Source: Desulfatiglandales bacterium (GTDB taxonomy: Bacteria; Desulfobacterota; DSM-4660; Desulfatiglandales; Desulfatiglandaceae). From it: DNA of 64,000 nucleotides. The stretch covers positions 3,712,001-3,776,000 of the forward strand of contig OY762721.1 of the NCBI GenBank assembly GCA_963666345.1, read 5' to 3'. The position numbers and the translations under genes were made by a program. Shown one piece after another: positions 60,108-64,000 of this stretch. Position 1 is the first letter of the stretch, and the number at the start of each line of letters is the position of its first letter. Below the pieces are notes generated by a model. The model made no database searches and was not told the DNA's origin. It saw only the letters and a program-made list of their open reading frames with translations.

Positions 60108-61121
60108 ATGCAAATGGAAGGCGGATCCGGGATCGATTCCTTTTTTTTCAGGGGGCTTCATCCTCTTATATCCATCGGAACTGCCAGTGACAGGTATGCC
60201 GGGTGGCTGGGACAGATATATTCAGAGGGGCGTTATGAAGGACGAATCAGCAGCAGAAAAAAGAAGTTCGGATCGGCTTATTATACCGAGAAGGTGCTTC
60301 CCGTTGAAAGCGTTGAAGAATATTTCGAGCATTTCAAGGTCCTGGAACTTGATTTCACCTTTTACTCCCCTTTACTCGACATGGATGGGAACCCCACCAG
60401 GACCTGGCATGTCTTAAACAGCTACGCCGGTCATATGAGGGAGGGGAACAGGGTAATCCTGAAGGTACCTCAAGCGGTGTTTGCAAGGAGCTTCAGGCGG
60501 GGAAAAGGGCAGGTCGAAAACGAACATTACCTTGACTCCGAGATGTTCATAAGACAGTTCTATGAACCTGCCTGCCTGCTTTTTGACCGGCGGATCGAGG
60601 CGTTTGTCTTTGAGCAGGAATATCAGCGTGCTTCACTCAGGCCTCTTCCGGAGGCCTTTGCGCGGGAGCTGGGCCGGTTTTTTGAAAAAATCCCTCAAGA
60701 CAACAGGTATCATGTGGAAATCCGGACTCAGGCACTCTTGTCAGCCCCGGTTGTCAAGACACTGAAGGATCATGGTATCGGTTATGTCCTGTCTCACTGG
60801 ACATGGCTTCCCTCTCTTAAAAGCCAGTACAGGCTCATGGGGGACGTCCTTTTTAACAGGTCCGGCAGCTCCGTCATGCGTCTGATGACGCCCAGAGGCA
60901 TGCGTTATGAAGACGCCTACAAAAAGGCTCATCCGTTTGACCGGCTTGTCCACGGGATGCTAAGCAGTGAGATGATAAATGAGACCGTTGATATAATGAA
61001 AGACGCCTTTGAAAATAATGCCGGGATAAATGTCGTAATAAACAACCGTTCAGGAGGAAACGCCCCGCTGATAGCCCGCGAGATAGCCTCAAGGTTCCTT
61101 GATATTACGGGGGCCGCATAA
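60108..61121 (+). CDS. DUF72-family protein
   Basis: IGTAS..Y.GW.GQIY, EYFEHF..LELDFTFY, LKVPQ, YHVEIR, INNRSGGNAP. Confidence 0.85.
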   Translation: MQMEGGSGIDSFFFRGLHPLISIGTASDRYAGWLGQIYSEGRYEGRISSRKKKFGSAYYTEKVLPVESVEEYFEHFKVLELDFTFYSPLLDMDGNPTRTWHVLNSYAGHMREGNRVILKVPQAVFARSFRRGKGQVENEHYLDSEMFIRQFYEPACLLFDRRIEAFVFEQEYQRASLRPLPEAFARELGRFFEKIPQDNRYHVEIRTQALLSAPVVKTLKDHGIGYVLSHWTWLPSLKSQYRLMGDVLFNRSGSSVMRLMTPRGMRYEDAYKKAHPFDRLVHGMLSSEMINETVDIMKDAFENNAGINVVINNRSGGNAPLIAREIASRFLDITGAA

Positions 61122-61135
61122 CACCCCGAATCAAA

Positions 61136-62188
61136 TCATGCCGTAGCCTCTATCTTTTCCTGCTGCCGCTTTTCCGCAAGGGCTGAGCTGAGAGGGTCAA
61201 TGGTCCATCGCAGCAGGGTGGCGGCCCAGGTAAGCCCCGCACCGAAGCTTACAAGCAGGACGTTGTCACCCTTCTTCACAAGGCCCTCCCTGTAGGCCTC
61301 GTCAAGGGCGAGAGGTATGGTGGCCGAGGATGTGTTTCCATACTTGTGAATGTTCGTGTACACACGATCCATTGGGATTTTGAGACTTTTGGCAAGCGCG
61401 TGAATTATCCTTATGTTGGCCTGATGGGGCACTACAAGGCTTATGTCGTCACTTGAAAGCCTGTTTTTATCAAGGGCCTCCTCGGAAATGGAGGCCATAT
61501 ACTCGACCGCCCTCTTAAAGAGCCTGTTGCCTTCCATTTTGAGGTGATACGGCTTTAGATCGATATCCTCCAGCGCCTCAGGGACAAATGTGTTGCCGTC
61601 CGAGGAATAGAGCAGTTCCCAGTGCGTGCCGTCCGATCTGATATGTGTTGAAAGTATACCTTTATCACTTTCAACGGAATCGATTACCACCGCGCCCGCG
61701 CCGTCGGCAAGAAGAACGCATGTGCCTCTGTCATGCCAGTTCACTATACCTGAGAGGCGTTCAACACCTATGACGAGCGCCTTTCGGCAGTTGCCGGTCT
61801 GAACCGCGTTGTCTACCGTGGAAAGGGCGTACAGGAAGCCGGAGCATCCGGCGGAAATATCAAAGGCCGCGGCCTTGCAGGCTTTCAATTCCTTCTGCAC
61901 CATGCAGGCGGTTGAAGGAAACTGACGTTCGGGAGTTACGGTCCCTACCACTATCATGTCCAGCTCTTGAGGCGATACCCCGGACATGGCAAGGGCCTTT
62001 ACGGATGCCTGGGTAGCCAGGTCGGTTGCGTTTTCATCTTTTTCGTTTGATGATATGCGTCTTTCCTTTATTCCGCTTCTTCTGGTAATCCATTCGTCCG
62101 TGGTCTCAACGATTCCTTCCAGGTCCTTATTTGACAATATTCTTTCAGGGGTTGATGATCCGGTGCCGATTATATGGGCATGAGGCAT
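61136..62188 (-). CDS. fabH: Beta-ketoacyl-ACP synthase III
   Basis: TTDEWI..RSGIKERR, AGCSGF (catalytic Cys), PHQANIRII, GNTSSATIP, FGAGLTW. Confidence 0.95.
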   Translation of the reverse strand: MPHAHIIGTGSSTPERILSNKDLEGIVETTDEWITRRSGIKERRISSNEKDENATDLATQASVKALAMSGVSPQELDMIVVGTVTPERQFPSTACMVQKELKACKAAAFDISAGCSGFLYALSTVDNAVQTGNCRKALVIGVERLSGIVNWHDRGTCVLLADGAGAVVIDSVESDKGILSTHIRSDGTHWELLYSSDGNTFVPEALEDIDLKPYHLKMEGNRLFKRAVEYMASISEEALDKNRLSSDDISLVVPHQANIRIIHALAKSLKIPMDRVYTNIHKYGNTSSATIPLALDEAYREGLVKKGDNVLLVSFGAGLTWAATLLRWTIDPLSSALAEKRQQEKIEATA

Positions 62189-62417
62189 ATTTGCTTTGCT
62201 CCTTCGATTTGCGCATTTTTGTAACGAAATAATATAAGAAGAAAGCTTCTCTCTGTCAAATTAAATGAGCCCCCAGCATAAGGGGCTCTGTTCAAGAACC
62301 GCGATTTGCAGCCTTTCTTCCGGGCCTCTCCGAAGAGTTCCTCCGGTTGAGGCTGCCGGGTAAATGGGCCGTGGTTGTAACCTGTTGGAATTAGAAGTTT
62401 ATGTAAAAAATGCAATA

Positions 62418-62623
62418 GGATTCAAGGATTCGAGGATTCGAGGGGGCAGGGTCCGGGTGGGGAGAGGGGCTTTCTGCGTCTTTTGCCTTTCATGTCTTTC
62501 CCGCCGATTCATAAGAGCTCCAGAAAAGTCAAGGTGCCTGCGCTCGTTCGCAGAGCAATCAGGGATATGGAAAACGTCCGGTTGCCTTTTCCCGCGTTTC
62601 TTGCCTTTCACGTCTTTCTCGCC
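62418..62623. repeat. 8-bp array (GGATTCAA GGATTCGA GGATTCGA...) followed by an internally deleted copy of the structured unit
   Basis: 62418-62457 8-mers; 62470-62623 has TTTCATGTCTTTC..GCCGAT.CATAAG, CCTGCGCTCGTTCG, ATATGG..AACG, then TTTCACGTCTTTC again. Confidence 0.8.
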
Positions 62624-62809
62624 ATAAATGGTAATAATTGACAAAAAGCAATAAAAGTATGAGTATATCAAGCGCCCACTTATTTATGCTTGCCTGCATT
62701 AAATAGATATAGCCGGAGGCACCCATGAAATAATCAGACCCCGTTTCTCAAAAAAGAGAGGTGGGGTTTTGTTGTCTGTGATGTGGATTTTGACTGAGAA
62801 AGCTATCAT

Positions 62810-62906
62810 GGAACATCTCCAAAAGAGTCGATCTGAATGCAATATGTTTTGTGCAAAGGCTTGTTCCAAAGAGGTGCGGAAGGGCTCAATAAACGGGAAA
62901 TAATTC
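62810..62906. mobile_element. Minimal (~97 bp) degenerate copy of the MITE
   Basis: GGAACATCTCCAAAAGAGTCGATCTGAATG matches the left end; CAATAAACGGGAAATAATTC resembles the right end; no target duplication. Confidence 0.5.
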
Positions 62907-62920
62907 TCACTACTCACTAG

Positions 62921-63786
62921 TTGGCCGAGGAAGAAACATGTCATTTGCTGAAGAAATTAAAACATGCTCTGATAGGATTAAGTCTCGTTTTTCCTTATCA
63001 AACACACCGGCTATTGAAGTTGTGCGTAATGATCTTCAGGTAGGCGAAGATGGGTGGAGTTGCGAAATCGAATTTAAAGATGGTTCCGTTGAACCCCCAA
63101 GCCAATACTGCCATGACGCCTTCTATGATGTCCATGGCGACTCAATCAATCCGATAGAACAACTACGCATTGAGTATCCGCAGTTGTTTTTTGATTCTGA
63201 TAAAAATCGCGGTTTTGAAACACATATAACTGAAGTTCGGGTAACACTTGGTGAAGTGTCAACCTCGGCTGGGTTTAATTGGACAATATTTGGAACAACG
63301 CATGAAACAAGTGAAAAATATTGTGCTATTATATATGTTCACACAAGGCCTTTATTCCAGAGGTGCCATATCGCAACGCTCTTAAAAATAGAGGAACTAA
63401 ATTTTTCAAAAAATTCTGGTTGTAGATATATTCAAACTTGGCATGAAAGAGATAATCCAGATTTCTTCGGAGCAATTTCCCCAAGCTTAAAAAACGATTT
63501 TTTTCTTTTTCATGGTACCAACGCAGGTGGCGAACAATACGAGGAAGCAAAATTTATTCATCTCCGCAAGTATTTAGACGGAAGCCCCTATTATTCAAAA
63601 GTCACGATTAATGACAAAAAAAGGTGGCTGGTTAGTCCCCGTGATAACGAAATAATTCTTAAGGCTTTAAAAGAAAGCAGGAAGAAATATTGCGGAAGGA
63701 TAATAAAAAAAATATCTGAACCGATGATCGGCCAACAAGAGCATTCAGCGGATCGCAAAAAAGCGCGCGCCCGCTGATGCCCGGCG
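62921..63786 (+). mobile_element. Integron-type gene cassette
   Basis: G|TTGGCC core at 62920-62926 just before the ATG is the exact complement of R'' GGCCAAC at 63730; AT-rich ORF; attC at the 3' end. Confidence 0.82.
62938..63777 (+). CDS. Cassette-borne hypothetical protein, possible GNAT-like C-terminal half
   Basis: 279-aa ORF, GAGG SD, AT-richer than neighbours; VHTRPLFQRCHIATLLK...GCRYIQTWH..DN resembles GNAT acetyl-CoA motif. Confidence 0.7.
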   Translation: MSFAEEIKTCSDRIKSRFSLSNTPAIEVVRNDLQVGEDGWSCEIEFKDGSVEPPSQYCHDAFYDVHGDSINPIEQLRIEYPQLFFDSDKNRGFETHITEVRVTLGEVSTSAGFNWTIFGTTHETSEKYCAIIYVHTRPLFQRCHIATLLKIEELNFSKNSGCRYIQTWHERDNPDFFGAISPSLKNDFFLFHGTNAGGEQYEEAKFIHLRKYLDGSPYYSKVTINDKKRWLVSPRDNEIILKALKESRKKYCGRIIKKISEPMIGQQEHSADRKKARAR

Positions 63787-63792
63787 TTGAGA
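63730..63792 (+). other. attC recombination site
   Basis: GGCCAAC-AAGAG-CATTCAGC-GGATCGCAAAAAAGCGCGCGCCC-GCTGATG-CCCGGC-GTTGAGA: R''/L''/L'/R' layout with one extra-helical base. Confidence 0.85.
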
Positions 63793-64000
63793 CTGTCGAA
63801 AAAGTAATTTCGCATATTTATATGTCAACCCAACCCCATAAAACACTAACTTATGATAATTTAAATACTTTGATAGGTTTAATGTTAGATGATGTTATTA
63901 GGCAATAAATATAAGCATTTACATGCAATCAATTATATAGTATAGTCTTCGTCATCCTCTAAAAAGTAAAGACAGTGATTTTTCTTCTAATGGAGATGAA
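63789..64000. mobile_element. Probable terminal inverted repeat of an IS/MITE, continuing beyond the window
   Basis: GAGACTGTCGAAAAAGT at 63789-63805 resembles IS termini of the GAGACTGT/GAGGCTGT...AAAA type; followed by very AT-rich non-coding DNA. Confidence 0.4.

Noticed and set aside
62638..62669. TTGACA as a cassette promoter (Pc)
   Set aside because: No acceptable -10 at 16-18 bp spacing
62699..62944. Minus-strand ORF where intI would be expected
   Set aside because: No tyrosine-recombinase motifs; overlaps the minimal MITE

Overview
A gene-dense bacterial chromosomal window. Gene content (Trk, DUF3786, DUF4416, CoA-activase pair, GAF-PilB ATPase, polA-rne, yicC-remA-gmk) suggests an anaerobic Desulfobacterota/deltaproteobacterium; this is inference only. 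Most of it is housekeeping or metabolic. The accessory features are: (1) a MITE family with GG-initiated terminal inverted repeats. The cleanest copy (5540-5907) has a perfect 8-bp target duplication and carries a decayed four-helix-bundle gene between inverted 8-bp repeat arrays; other copies lie at 59580-60026 and 62810-62906. (2) A ~280-bp structured non-coding unit found at three loci as tandem, circularly permuted copies. (3) A solitary integron gene cassette with a well-formed attC (62921-63792), followed by a probable IS end. (4) An arn (L-Ara4N lipid A modification) operon preceded by a CusRS-like two-component system and a CusR-like box, headed by an ICMT/LmtA-like methyltransferase and ending in a UPF0104 membrane protein instead of arnEF. 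(5) Two adjacent genes (rlmB-like, maf) that appear to start at non-canonical ATC/ATT codons behind GGAGGT. (6) A higBA toxin-antitoxin module with a leaderless-type promoter and operator. No rRNA, tRNA or CRISPR array was seen. All product calls come from motif recognition by eye, not database searches.
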